A DNA stretch of 63,895 nucleotides, filler included, from Trypethelium eluteriae (Eukaryota), in assembly GCA_051942245.1 (NCBI GenBank). It is 2 parts of 2 records of this genome, joined end to end, with 100 filler letters (N's around TTAATTAATTAA, not from the genome) between each part and the next. Parts side by side here need not be neighbours in the genome. Positions count along the whole stretch, not along the records: positions 1 to 31,932 come from JAVECL010000266.1; 1 more part is not named here. The stretch is one strand, 5' to 3'. A program made the position numbers and the translations under genes. This document shows positions 12,072 to 26,384 of this stretch, one piece after another (position 1 is the stretch's first letter; each line of letters opens with the position of its first letter). The notes under the pieces were generated by a model that was given only the letters and a program-made list of their open reading frames with translations, made no database searches and had not been told where the DNA came from.

Positions 12072-14659
12072 ATGGCGCCGGTAAAGCGCAAGGCTCAAGA
12101 TGCTGTAAACCACCGAGCCAAAAAACGCGCTGCCTCTGGCGTAAATACACCAGTGAGCCTGGCTTCGAGTGACTCGGAGACAGCCACGCCAATAGATGAG
12201 GAGGAGGACGAAGCGCTTCAAAGTTTGCCTTCCCCATAGATGGCCACTTCAAGTTTAGAATCTAATCATGGCTCCTGCGTGCAGGTGCCGTGGATCACTT
12301 TTCTCTCTCTTCATTCCGACGTCAGCGAGTCCAAGGCAAGGACGCTGTTTCGCACCTGTTTAAGAATAATCATGATCTCTCGAGCGTGCCCATGAAACCT
12401 GATCATCACTCGCGTCCAGTCTGGATCGACTTTGAGACTGGCCGCGTCGTCCTCGAGAGCTTCTCACCTTATGTCGGTCAGGCCCAGCGCCTTCTGATAG
12501 ATATCGCCGAGCCGCAGTCTCGAACCGCGAACATACATGAATATACCATCACGCCAAACAGTTTACTGGCAGCCCAAACGGTAGGCAGAGACGCTGCAGG
12601 AATCATTCACGATCTCGAATTTCTATCCAAAACCTACCTGCCCAACGACTTCAAAGAATACGTCATCAAGGCTGCTATGTCATGGGGCCAGGTGAGGCTG
12701 GTACTTAAGCAGAGTAAATTCTTTATCGAAAGTTCAGACCCCACTGTGCTTCAAAGGCTTCTCAAAGACGATGTCATTGCCTCGTGCAGAGTTGAGGGCA
12801 CGGAAGAGTTGGCTGTGGAGAAGGCGCCAAAGTTAGATGGTCTTGTCATCCCAGGAACAAAAGAAGCTGCTGGAGTGAGACAAGCTCAGCCACAGAAAGA
12901 TGCACAACAGCGTCAGGATCGACAACAAGACTCTGACGATGAGGATGACGAAGAGAGACAGCGAAAAGAGGAAGAAGATATGTTTGTGACGCTTCGCGAA
13001 GAGGATGACGATGATGTCTCCGATGAGGTGCATTCCTTCCAGATACGAGCGGATAAGGTGGCTGCTGTAAGAGAACAGAGCAGGAAGCTCGATCTGCCAG
13101 TTACAGAAGAGTACGACTTCAGGAACGACATGATGAATGCGGACCTAGATATCGATATTCAGCCTTCTGTGCAGATTCGAGACTACCAGGAGCATTCCTT
13201 GAACAAAATGTTCGGAAACGGCCGGTGCAAGAGCGGTATCATAGTGCTGCCTTGTGGTGCTGGCAAGACATTGGTGGGTATAACTGCAGCTTGCACTGTC
13301 AAGAAATCTGCTATTGTTCTTTGCACGAGCGCTATGTCTGTGGTGCAATGGCGAAACGAGTTTCTCAAACGGTCGAATATCAACCCCGACGACGTCGCTG
13401 TGTTTACTTCAGATAAGAAAGAATCTTTCAGAAAAGATGCTGGTGTCATCATCTCGACCTATTCCATGATTGCTCAATCAAAGCAACGTGCCCATGACAC
13501 CAAACAAATCATGGACTTCATCCAAAACAAGGAATGGGGTCTTATGATTCTTGATGAAGTCCATGTTGTTCCTGCCGAGATGTTTCGCAAGGTGACGCAC
13601 GCTATTTTCGCCCATGCCAAGCTTGGTCTCACTGCAACCCTCCTTCGTGAAGATGATAAGATCCAAGATCTGAACTTCCTCATCGGACCCAAACTCTACG
13701 AAGCCAACTGGCTCGAGCTCTCAGAACAAGGTCATATCGCCAAGGTCCAGTGCGCTGAAGTCTGGTGTCCCATGACAACGGAATTCTACTCGGAATATCT
13801 TAGGACGAAAAACACCAACAAGCGCGCCCTCCTTTTCACCATGAACCCTCGCAAATTCCAAGCCTGCCAGTTCCTCATCAATTACCACGAGCGCCGCGGC
13901 GACAAGGTCATCGTCTTCAGCGATAACGTCTACGCTCTCATCTCCTACGCCCGCCGTCTGGGCAAAGCCATGATCTACGGTGAGACCCCGCAAGCAGAGC
14001 GTGAGAAGGTTCTCCAGAACTTTCAGTACAATCCAGATGTCAACACCATTTTCCTCTCCAAGATCGGTGATACCAGCCTCGATCTCCCTGAAGCGACCTG
14101 CCTCATCCAAATCTCGTCGCATTATGGCTCTCGTAGGCAGGAGGCGCAACGCTTGGGGCGAATCTTGAGGGCAAAGAGAAGGAATGATGAGGGGTTCAAT
14201 GCCTTCTTTTACAGCCTTGTTAGTAAGGACACGAATGAGATGTACTACTCCAGTAAGCGGCAGGCGTTCCTCGTCGATCAGGGCTATGCCTTCAAGGTCA
14301 TCACGCACTTGCACGGCATCGAGAGCCTGCCCGATTTGCAACTCCAAACAGGTGCGGAGCGCCGCGAGTGGTTGCAGGATGTGATGCTGCAAAATGAGAC
14401 GGCGGGAGATGTGGAGAAGATTGAGGGAGATCTGTTTGGAGAGCGGCAGGTCAGGACGGGTGGTGGCAGGGGAGGGAAGGGAGCAAGACGCATGGCAGGG
14501 ACGTTGAGCGAGTTGAGTGGTGGCAGGGATATGGCGTACATTGAGTACAACAAGAGCAAAAACAAGGAATTTAAGAAGGGGCCGCAGAATGCGTTCATGA
14601 AGAAGTTAAGACGAGAGAATGACAAGAGGAGATCGGCGCAGAAGGAGTTTGTGGATTGA
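12072..14659 (+). CDS. SSL2: TFIIH DNA helicase/translocase XPB (Ssl2/Rad25)
   Basis: SGIIVLPCGAGKT, LDEVH, GLTATLLREDD, QRLGRILRAK; intron 12223-12284. Confidence 0.97.
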
Positions 14660-14941
14660 TTTCTGCTGGGAGGCTCCTGAGTTAGCAGCCAATGGCCGTT
14701 GGCAGGACCACTTGATATTTGCAATCCCTGAGCACCTACAACATTTCCAGCATTAGGCCTCGCCTTGCCGGAAGAGAGCGGAGACATGTTTATTTATAAT
14801 CTTGTTCTGGCCTTGAATCGTTTAGTCGATCGTGGTAGTGGGTCAGATGCCTAGCCTCACGTTCCGAAGAGCTTCCTTGTGAATATACAAACAATCCTTC
14901 CAACAGATTACCACGAACAAAATCATACGGTACACCACGGC

Positions 14942-16944
14942 TCACTCTCGTCTCCTACCCCGCTCCAAACTCCGTCCTTCCTCTATCGAATCCTCTTTGC
15001 CAACACTGGAACGCGGAACCGGCAGTGCATCAACAGCAATCTGCGCGGGCGGTCGTACCATAGACCGATTCCAATTGGGTCGACCGGACCACGTTCGGAG
15101 TCGCTCACCATAGAAGATGAGTGAGAACACGCAGACCAGTGCAAGACCCAGACTGATCATAGCCATTGCTATGAATGTGTTTTGTACGCCGATCGAGTTC
15201 ACCATTGGATTGATGTAGAAGGGGATGGTGAAGGACACGACGTTCTTGAGTCCGCCAACGAGGGCTAGAGCGTCGGCGCCTTGAAGGAGATCTAAGGAAA
15301 GGCATTGGTATTTGGTCTGTGACGAGAAGGGGGGTAAGGGAAGGGGGATTGGGAGTGCTCCGAAGGAGTGCGAGATAAAGCAAGATAACTTACAGCAGTC
15401 TACAGGATAGGTAAAGACTACAGTCGTGGAAGCTTGCATGCCGAATATGAAAATGGCGAGTCCGACGAGCGGTCTTAAGAAAGAGCAGTCAGTAAGGCTT
15501 TACAGTGAACCTTTGGTCGGAGGAGGATAGGCTTACACAATGTAGTGTTTCCGCTGCTGAAGAGTAACACCGAATACCACAAGTCCTACAACGACGCAGA
15601 CAAGACCAGGATACATGGCATGGAGTCTCATTTCTGGTTGCCTTTGGCCATTTCTTCTTCGAGCTATCCGTTGGATGACAAAGTCACTGAATGGACCGCC
15701 GGCCAACTCACCCAGCACGGCTCCTATCAAAGGAGCAATGTAGACGAGATCGACGCTTGGTGCTTTGAGATGGTAGAATCGGCCGAAGAGAATGGTAATG
15801 ACCGTGCCGATGCCCACAGACCAGGAGAATGTCCATGCGAACCAAAAAGCAGGCAACCAGCACGCAGGATACTTGAGCATGATCAACTGAGATATACTGT
15901 CAGCACTTCGGGGACCTAGCTACTCAGCGCCGGAGACGACTTACCGGTCTGAAGAAAGCTGTCGACCATTTTGGGATCTCCGCGTGCTCGAAAGGCCTAA
16001 GTCTGACTGAAAGCTGGCGAGCGCGATGCTGCTCTTGAACGTTGCCTTGGAAGTACAGCGTCTCGGGAACGAAGAAGAAGCTTTTTGCCGTCAGCTTTCG
16101 ATCCCTGGATAATGGGCACCGCGGGTATAAACGAACATGTAAAGCAGAATGATTCCCAATGCGACGGCGAGGTGACCAAAAACCCAATACCAGTCCCCAG
16201 TCTCCGCAACAATATACGCAGCGAGAATTGGTCCCAAGAATGGTCCTAGAGTGGTCTTTAAACGTCAATATACTAGGGCAAGTTGTGACGAGACCAGGTA
16301 CTCGCCATGAGCGTCCACCATCCTATCTTTTCTCCCCTAACTTCTCGGGGAAACATGTCTGCCACCGTAATACCGCCGAGAGCATGGACAGCACTGAGGC
16401 CGAAGGCGAGAAGGACTCGAGCACCAGCCATCGATCCATAAGAACGAGCGCAGGCTCCCCATATGGCTCCACCAAGGGCTACAGCTGTTGATGCAAGATA
16501 CTGTCATGCAGCTTAGTGAAGTTTTCCTAATCGCATCTTTGATTGGAACGCACCACTGGTCTTCGTCCAAGAGTCTGCGCGAAGGGGTTCCATATCAGAG
16601 GACCAGCGCCAAGTACCAGCACGTAAATTCCGACCAAGTACGAGACTTCTGTGACAGACTTGTGGAATTGCTTGGACATCAAAACATACCTGGCAAGCGA
16701 CGAGATGTTAGCGACAGTCGAAGAACCGATGATCTCGATCTATCCGAGTTACTCACGCAGGCACGATAAAAAGGCCAGCATAGGTACCGAGTCCGCCCAA
16801 CAAAGAGATGCAGGCCAAGATGCTATGCTTCTGTATCCAACCCCAGTTCATGGGGTCTTCCGGATTTAGCACGACCTCGACGCCATCTTCTCGAACTGGG
16901 TGCGCAGAGCCGATCTGGACAATTTCTTCTGCAGGCTTTTCCAT
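14942..16944 (-). CDS. MFS transporter (multi-exon)
   Basis: N-terminal EDPMNW motif, FFFVPETLY, PEMRL and many TM segments spread across several ORF-track fragments separated by GT-AG introns. Confidence 0.88.
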
Positions 16945-17806
16945 ATTGTCGGTGTCAAGTCCAGGAACTCATCTGCACACGTGCGGAAAAGGGAAAGGCG
17001 AAAAGTCCCGGACTTGTCATCGAACATTGTCGCATCCTCGATCGTCCAAGTCCCATCACATCGATCCAGCTATGTGGTCCCGAATGTGGCACAGGCGACT
17101 AGCATGCGGAGTGAGATCTTGGCGCGATGGACAAGGGGACATTGCAGCCCGCTGAGGGGAATTTACCCCTGCCTGAATGAGCCGAAATACCGTTCTAATT
17201 AGTCGTTGCAAAGGCTCGCCCTTCCGTAGATTTCGGTCGACATCAAACCGGACTCTGAATCTAGGCGTAGACGTCCTCCCCCTGTCCAGCCCCGGCCTTT
17301 CCCCACCATTGGTCATGCTCATCTGTCTTGTCCTAAATTGGCTTTAGAGTAGATCGAATTAAGTTTTAGAAAAGTCGGAAGTAAAAGAGACGCAAAATTG
17401 TAGACAGAGTTAAAACGGCTAATCCCTCTGATTGGCGTTGTTGCTACTATTTGTTTTGGCGAGGAGGGTACCTACCTACCTACTCTGCGCTATTGTTGAT
17501 GTGGAGCAATCTCACCTCCCTATTTCCCCGCGACTTCGGGAAAGTGGGGTGGGCTAAGCTTTGCGAACTACCTACTTAGTTCTGAAGCTATGTTAAATGA
17601 GCTGGTGTGAGGATGCTGCTAAGTTAGATAATCGCTCCTTTTCTTAGATTTTTTCTCCGTCGCGGTAGAACTTCTAAATTAGGGATCTGGCGTCTCGCTC
17701 TTCTCAGAGCGAATACACTGTTCCAAGACGACTACCAGAACCCAAACCACCTCTTCTGCGAGTATCTCAAGTCGAGTAACCTCCAGCTACCTGTCCAGAG
17801 GATGAG

Positions 17807-19056
17807 ATGGCGACCAACGGCACTAATGGAGCCCATAAAAACACCAGCGCTATAGATCCCGAGAAGTTCAAGAAGCTCTTCTTCACACCTGTGGTACCTT
17901 TCCTGCACGACGATCCTTACACTATCGACTATGAAAATTACCGAAGCTTCATTCATCGCTTCAGTACGGATTCTCCTTCCTCCTACCTTGTTGAACATCA
18001 TTTACTGAACAGGTCTTCACAGTGAAGGACGAGTACCTCGAGCAAGGCATTGCCATCATTGCCAATCCGGAAGCAGGAGAACTATTCACACTCGAGAGAG
18101 AAGAAAGAAAGAAAGTTCTCCAAATATGCATTGAGGAAGCCGCTGGCCGATGCCCTGTTATCGCTGGCGTTGTCCATGTACATACCAAGGGTTACATCGA
18201 GACGGCCAAAGATGCCCAAGAGCTGTAAGAATTCATCCTGTTTCCTCACGAGAGTGCTCTTTAATGACTAAACTGTCCCCAGTGGAGCCGATGGGCTGTT
18301 CATTTTCCCACCCATCGGCGCCGGTGACATCGTTGCGATCTGGGATTCAGACAAGTATCCTGAGATCTTCAGTAACATCATCCAGGAGGTCTCAGCCGCA
18401 GTCCCACTGCCTATCGTGATCCATCCAGTCGGGCGGTATTCGATCCCGTTCGGTCAAGGTCTGCCTATCGGGACTACCAAGGCTATTCTTGACGCATGTC
18501 CTAACATCGTCGGGTGGAAGATGACGTACAACTTCGACGGATACCGCAAGATCGCGCGCTTCCTGCAGCGCTATTCGCGACCCGTTAACATCCTGGCCGC
18601 CGTGGGCCATTACATGCACGAGAACCACGCCGACAGGATGTTCGATGGTACGTCGTCTGGTGCGTGGAACTACGCGCTCGAGCCCATGATGGAACATCTC
18701 AAGGCCTGGCGGAAGGGAGACTGGAAGACAGCAACGGATCTGTGGGAGGGCGGCGGCTTGGCAGAACTGCAGCAGTGGTAAGTCAGCTTCATACGTAATT
18801 TTCATAGTGGACAGAACGGCCAGTTGACGACGACTTGCGTAGTATCTTCGAAGATATCGGTCGGCTTCATGTCCGGTACAAGACGGCCGTCTGGCTTCGC
18901 GGTCTCATCAAGACTCCCGTAACGCGGCCTCCGATGCCGAAGCCTCGTTTGGCGGAGATTCGAGAAATCACGCAGGCTTTGGTTGGTGCGAAGCTTGAGG
19001 TCATTCCGGAAGCTAAGATCCAAACGACAATCAAGTCTCTAGATCTTGTTTTGTAG
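17807..19056 (+). CDS. DapA/DHDPS-N-acetylneuraminate-lyase family class I aldolase (4 exons)
   Basis: FTPVVPF..IDYENY, ANPEAGELFTLEREERKKV, CPVIAGV, GADGLFIFPP, PNIVGWKMT (Schiff-base Lys), RPPMP. Confidence 0.85.
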
Positions 19057-19787
19057 TTTCCTCTATGACCTGTAATTTATGGATATGGACGGCGAATTAT
19101 AGTCCGACACTATTCCCGTTCCTGGTCAGAAAATGTCTGGTGAATATATGGATCCGTAGCAGTACTTAGGAAGAAGAATTGGAATATGCAGAGTGGATGT
19201 CCATACGTCAGATAGAGAAGCCAGAATCCTATCTCTACTCCATATTAGCTGATGAATATATTACTAAGGTACCATTGCAAATGGAAGGGCGGGTATTATA
19301 GAGCATATTCAGTGTCCTGTTCTACAGTCCATCGACGTGGTATCTTCACTGTCTCGTTTGTACCCAGCGTATCCGACCCAGTGTCCAACGCCTCTATTGC
19401 GCATTGCGTACCTGTATCTCTAGTGATATTCTCGCCGAAAACTTAAAATTGGTCGGGACACGGATTAGCTCGCTCTAATCTCGACTCGAGCCCACTATCG
19501 GAGCTTCAAACTATCCGATGCAGAGTTTGCCCTCAATGTCGGCCTAACAATACATCCGATAGCTGAATAGTCACTATGACGCGCGTGAACGATTGAGCTA
19601 GAAGGCATGAAGAGAGGCATAAACCTGATTGGTAATCTTCGGTGTTCGTACTTCAAGAATCATATTGCGAGCTTTGGGTTCAGACGTATACACTAGTGCG
19701 GCAGAGGGCTTGCGATATAAAAAGCATGTTCTTTCCATATCTATTCAGAAATATCAATTTTTCAGCAAAGAGTCCCACGGCGCCACT

Positions 19788-20894
19788 ATGGCGAAGTTGA
19801 TCGTTGTCGTTGGAGTTACTGGCGCTCAAGTATGAGATCATGTCCCGAAGTACCTTATGTAAGCACAGTGCCAACTAACTAAGCGTCTCGTAGGGATCAT
19901 CCGTAGCCCACACATTTCTACGCCTACCTGGGTGGCGGGTGCGAGGTATCACGCGAAACCCGTCCGGTCTGGTCGCCCAAGCCTTGGCGACTGAGGGAGT
20001 TGAACTCATTAAGGCTGACTTGGACGATAAGCATTCGCTTTCTCCTGCTTTCGAGGATGCAAACGTGATCTTCTCCAATACCGACTTCTTTCTCCCCTTC
20101 CAAAATGCAATGGGATCTAAAGAGATCACAGGAGGTCGTACCATTTACGAATATGCATATGACACTGAGGTGGCTCAGGGCACCAACATTGCTGAAGCCG
20201 CTTCTTCACCAACAGTGCTCAAGACACTGGAACGGTTTATATACTCTTCTCTGAGCGAAGCTCGCAAGTGGAGCGGCGGCAAGTACAAACATGTATACCA
20301 CTTTGATTCCAAAGCAGAAACCATCCGAAACATTCAAAGTCGGTTTCCCGCTGTGGCTGAGCGAATGAGCTTTGTACAAATTGGGCACTACGTTACCAAT
20401 TGGAAGAACTTTCCAGCTTTGGCGCCACAAAAGCAATCGGACGGGAGTTTTATACTTGCAAGACCTTCACCTCCCGAAACCCCAGTCCCATTTGTGGTTC
20501 CACATCAAGATACAGGACCTTTTGTCAAAGCTTTAGTCGATCTTCCACCTGGGACACATCTTTGGGGTGTGTCAGAACTTATGACCTTCCCTGAATGGGC
20601 CAAGACATGGGGAGACACGTTAGGTCACAAGATTGAGTTCAAGCAGGTTTCGGACGAAGAATTCTGGCAAGGTGTGCCAGAGGAGTTCAAAAATGAAATC
20701 TCGGAGGGCTTTGCGTATGCGGACGAGTTTGGCTACACGGGCGGAGATCCGGAGGTACAGACCGCCGCACAAGTAAATCCATCCACCTGCATTTGCGAAT
20801 TGTCAGTGCTAAAAGCTTCTAGCTTGGTATCGAGATCCCGTGCACCTCAATGGCAGAATATATCAAGAATGAAGACTGGTCATCAGTCGTGTAA
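19788..20894 (+). CDS. NmrA-like NAD(P)-binding protein (3 exons)
   Basis: IVVVGVTGAQ|GSSVA, RGITRNP, FSNTDFF, HFDSKA, C-terminal EYIKNEDWS; introns 19830-19893 and 20774-20822. Confidence 0.92.
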
Positions 20895-21667
20895 AGCAGC
20901 CTCAGATTATGGAAAGTAAGGCAGGATATTTATTTACTCTAGGCCCGCATTTTCCGTCTCTGTGGCAACAGCAAAGGTTATTCGCGCATTGTTCCAATCA
21001 TTTTAGATTAGTCCACTTGATGGAAGATTTTGGACTATATCTTCGTTCAGACGATTGGCGCGCGCTATCATTTTGACAAAGTTCAGCTTGAAGACAAGGT
21101 TTCGTACAAGATAGTGAGGGTCTATCTTCGAGACGAAGCTTAGAGTATCCGTCAAGTCTACAGACTGCTCCTAATATCTTGTGCGCTGGCCGTATCGAGC
21201 AAGCGGCACATTGAATTTATTCATTAGTGTCGGCTAGCCACTCATTAGTCTTCCAGGGCTGCTCACTCCCAGACCTATCCCTTTTCTGGACCCTATAAGA
21301 CTGAAAGGGTAAGGGTTTCGGCGCCTGTACCAAGCTTTGTAACGATTTTTGAGTCCAACCAGTTGAGATCCAATAGATAACTAACGATGACGGGCAGCAG
21401 CCAAGGTCGCAGTCAAGCTTTATCCCGGTTGATCGACTTCATTGGGGTTAACTGCTCATCACCGAAACATCCTACTTTCCAATATGACCGTTGCACTAGG
21501 GCAAGGCTGAGACAATGACTCACTGAGTGTCTCGGCCTCGGCATGTTCATCTACTATCGAACCTCAGTCATTACGGAGAAAATCATGTTATAAAGAGCTT
21601 TCCAAGCAAACTGAAAGTAAATTATATCTTCGCTGATGCACAGCTTTATTCTAGAAGCTGACCATTC

Positions 21668-23941
21668 ATGGCGGAGTTTTCCTATGATGAAAGCGAAGCA
21701 TGGTTTCGAATGACGGTGGGATCCGATTTGCCAATACGACAAAACTTCATGGGGAAACCTTAGGCTGTCATCATATTCTCAGAAGACGAAGTGTGGATGA
21801 AAGAGCTTAGAGACCATTTAGTGCGTGTGGATCTCGGACTGGCTCTTCAAAATGGGATCCTTGACCGGAAACCCAGCAATCCTCGGTTTTGTGCTAAACA
21901 CTTAACCATTAACCTTGGAACTCTCAGATCTCCACAGGAGCTTGGGTATCTGAACGATATTTTTGCGAGCGTGCATTGCCCTCTCTGTTATTTCGTGCGA
22001 TCCATTCTGTGGAATCGTTTGGGTACATCTCTACAAGAGCCAGGAACCTGGGTTTGTTGCGCGGTATGTCCAGTTCCAAGTCATTTCGACGTGAAAAATG
22101 GTCTAGTGGAATTTCCAGATATGGTTTCCACATCTCTACCGCAAGATTTGCAAGTTGTACTGCGTGGCGACTATTTGGAGTTTCATAAAACCCAGCCTGC
22201 TCTTCGCGAATTGAGAATGCATCAATTAGCCAAACCTAAAAATCCCCCAACCCCGTTATAAGGTTGCTGGGTTTACGATCAAATTGATGTGGGCCTTGTT
22301 ACATCTTGGATTTCGAAGTGCCAAACGGAGCATGGCCTATTCTGCGAAGGCCAAGAAATCCTTCAACAGCTTCCTGCACACCGTCGCATTAGAGTTGTTC
22401 ATGTCCCAAGTCGCAGAGTTGCAATGGCTCCAGACACATGCAGGTTTGCTGCGCTGAGCTATGTTTGGGGTACTCCTGAAAGCCAAACTTTTGGATCTAC
22501 GAGGTCGAATTCAATGGACTCGGCGGGAAATCTGGTAGAGCTGAAGCTACCGACTGAAAACAAGCTTCCGACTGTAATCGAAGAGGCCATGCACCTTGCG
22601 CATAAGTTAGGTATCGACTACCTGTGGGTTGACGTGCTTTGCATCATCCAAGATGATCTGGATCACAAAAACTTCCAGATATCGAGGATGGCGGACATTT
22701 ATTCCAGTGCCTTCGTTACTATTGTTATTGCAGGAGAAACAGGTACCCCAAGTCCACTACCTGGCTTGCGACGAAATTCGAGAAAGATAAGCCAAGCGAT
22801 TGCGACTCTAGGGCAGCTTACATGGGCCGAAGCGTTACCCCGGAGCATCGAGGCGATTGGTGCTTCTAAATGGGCTACACGTGCATGGACCTTACAAGAA
22901 AGAGTTTTATCCAAGAGATGCCTCATTTTCACAGAGAGTCAGCTATTCTTTCAATGCGTTCGGGAAGTTTGGTGCGAAGATACGCACGCAGAAATTCTCT
23001 ACCAATCAGCTCCAATGCGTGTGATGAATGAAAGCTCTCATATATACCATCCCATGCTGGAAGCTCGAACCAACGGGTCCTTCTTCAGGACATATGCTTC
23101 TCTGGTAAATTTGTATACTAAAAGGGCATTGACCTTTCCCGAAGATATTCTTGATGCATTCAGGGGCATCATGAATACCCTTGCACAAACACACGGGACT
23201 GACTTTGCGTTCGGGATTCCTACTCTCTCGTTTGATCGCGCTTTGCTCTGGCAACCGGCCAAGCAACTAAGTCTGAGGCCGTGGCAGGACAGCAAACAGA
23301 AGAACCCTTCTTGGTCATGGGCAGCATGGGTCGGCGAGGTCAAATATGAAACGGAGATCAACAACATCCGCAATATAGAGAGCAAGATCACTTGGTCCCG
23401 TAAGCGAGTCTTGAACGACCCGATGCAAAAGCAGATGGGTGGCGAATATCCCTTGAAAGCACTGACATTTCAGACCACGACGGCTTGCTTTAAAGTCGAA
23501 CAAGCTCTTGAATGGTTCAACATACCTGGGATCTCGAACGTGAATAATCATAATTCTAAAGATCCTCTTCGTTATGTTGTGATCAAAAGTCCAGATAACA
23601 CACCAGCAGGAGAAGTAATTATAGATATAGGAATGACACGCCTTCCATTGGAAAATGCCGAGTTCATCCTTATTTGCAAAACCAAATGTTATAAACGTCA
23701 TGTATGGCTGGACTGCTGGGGCGGTCGAGCCATGGAGTCATATGAATCGAAGAATCCTTTGTTTCTACCCGGGGCTAAGCCAGAGAAGTTTTTTCCCAAA
23801 GAGACAAAGGATTGGACCTATTACAAGGTGATGATGATCACTTGGGTTGTTGGCTATGCGCAGCGACTTGCTATCGGAACTATTGATCAGGGAGCATGGG
23901 AGTCTTGCTGTTCGGAGCAAAAGATGATCCAACTGGCTTGA
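21668..23941 (+). pseudogene. HET-domain (heterokaryon incompatibility) gene with two in-frame stops upstream of an intact HET domain
   Basis: ALSYVWG, YLWVDVLCIIQDD, MADIYSSA, WATRAWTLQE, PSWSWAAW. One continuous frame interrupted by TAG 21761-63 and TAA 22259-61. Confidence 0.75.
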
Positions 23942-24563
23942 GCTCAAAAATTAATAGACAATTACGAATCACAGAGAAGACTCTTCAATTATGAAGACAG
24001 AGAGCCTCCTTCCTTCCAACTCACTTTTCCCATCGTCTTTCTTATTATTGGAATCTTCATCGAGGTAGCCGCTCATTGAAGGAGCATTGCAGAATGACAT
24101 GTTCGTCGGGACTGTTTGAGACGTTTAATGGCATTCCGATCGATCTGATTGAATAATTGTTCTGCTCACTGTATCCGCGGACGGAAATCAACACAGCTAT
24201 CACCCCTGTGCCACCCGCCGGTTGATCACTCCCTGTGTATACGTACAGAGAGCCTGACAGACCCTCATTGTGCATAAGCTTCCCAATCACATTTCCGTGT
24301 ATTTGCTTAGAGAAGAATTTGAAGTTCCTTCAGCCTCGTCAAATTTTCCGTCATCACCCCGCTCCTGTAGCCTAGATGACCATTGCCACGATCGTATCTA
24401 CTTTCCTACGCCGCAATGCCCCTCTCCAGGCTGCATCGATCCTCACATACATTCGTCACCAGACACAATTACTGCCACCTTTTATTTCTTGAGTACCCTC
24501 TCCAAAGCCCGAGCTGGACATCAGCCATTCTGCGGTGACCCTCTTGGTCTGCCCTGGTTGACA

Positions 24564-26359
24564 ATGTTTTCCGACCATTTGTCACTTGTACAGACTGCTT
24601 TGACAGTCCTATTTACCCATCTGACAGGGTGGATCATTTACTGCCTCTATTTTCATCCTTTGAGCACCATTCCCGGTCCCTTTCTGGCATCATTCAGTCG
24701 ATTATGGATTGTACTCAAAACCGCAGCCGGCGATATGGACCGTACCCAGCGCGCTTTGCACAGAGAGCACGGTAAAGCTCATTCAGCATCCATTCTGAAG
24801 ATGTACGCGCTAATCGAATAGGTCATATTGTCCGCATTGCTCACAATGAGGTCGCGTGCTCCGATCCCGAAGCCATCAAAGTGAGTCGGATATGCCCCAT
24901 TCATTTCAAAGCTGCTTTTTAATTATCTAGATCATATACAGAACGAAGCACGTGTTTGCAAAGGTACGCGACGATAAGTCTTTTCTGACCACTGGAGGCT
25001 GAACTGTGAAGTCGGACTATTATGATGCCTGGGCGCCTCCAAGCAGTGGCTACGTTGGCCATTTTCCATCGCGAGACGAGAAGGAGCACAATGAGCGTCG
25101 ACGTATTGTCAATAATGTGTATTCGATGTCCAGTGTACTAGAGTCCGAGCAAGCTATAGACTCATGCACCTGGCTATTCTGCGATAACATGCGTGATTTT
25201 GCCACGCAAAATTCGGTAGTCGACTTAGGTCTCTGGATCAACATGTATGTCCATGATGCTGGACTGAGTATTCCTCGAGTATGATTCTGATTGATCTTCT
25301 AGTTATGCCTTTGACGTCCTTGGTGAACTATTCTACGGCAACATGTTCGGGTTCATGCGAGAGCGCAAAGACATAAGCGGCTACATGAATGCCATAGACG
25401 CTCTTCTTCCCGCTTTCTCCATCGGAGGTACGGTGCCGTCATATCTCACCAAGCCCTTTCTCATCTCCACGACATTGTTTTCACCTTCCATCCGAGGAGC
25501 ATTGGGAGCCGTAAAACATCTCGAGAAAGCCTCTCAGGCGGCAGTCACGAAACGCAAGGATCAGATAACAAATAACAAGGATGAAAAGCGGGACATGCTT
25601 CGGAAGATGCTCGACATCTCAGCTGAGCGTGGAACAGAGCTGGACTTCACTGACTCGCATGTCTTCGTCGAATCCCACAGCTCATTGTAAGTAGTCGCCT
25701 TATCTTCCAAAATTTTCACTTCGAGCACAATAGTGGGCTGACCTGACTCAAGTTTCGCTGGCGCCGACACAACAGCTATCGCTATCAACAGCATCCTCTA
25801 CCACCTAATGCGCAATCCCACTGCCTACTCAAAACTGACTGCTGAAGTTGATGCCGCCATATCTGACGGCACGCTCTCCATGCCAATCACATACAGAGAG
25901 GCGGTCAAACTTTCCTACTTGAATGCATGTGTTAATGAGGGTATGCGTCTCCATCCTAGCGTAGGTCTCCATATGCCACGTATTGTGCCACCTGGCGGTG
26001 CCACAATCTCGGGCTTCCATTTCCCTGCAGGATACCGCATCGGTATCAACGCAGCTACCGTACAATACGATGAGGAGATCTTCGGCTCTGACGCTTACTC
26101 CTTTAACCCAGACCGCTGGATTAAGGGAGACGCTCTACGTATGGAAAGAGCGATAATAGTTTTTGGTACGGGGCCACGAACGTGCATCGGTAAGAATATC
26201 TCCCTGAGTGAGATCTATAAGCTTGTACCTCAGATCGTGAGAGATTTCGAGATAAGGCTGGTGGAGCCGGAGAAAGGGTGGAAGACGACAGACTATTGGT
26301 TTCATAAACAGACGGGTATAAACGTATATGTGAGAGAACGAGACCATGGTAATGATTAG
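24564..26359 (+). CDS. Cytochrome P450 (multi-exon)
   Basis: N-terminal TM plus HPLSTIPGP, FAGADTT, EGMR (ExxR), FNPDRW, FGTGPRTCIG heme motif. Confidence 0.95.
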
Positions 26360-26384
26360 CATAGCATGAAATAGCAATGACTGG

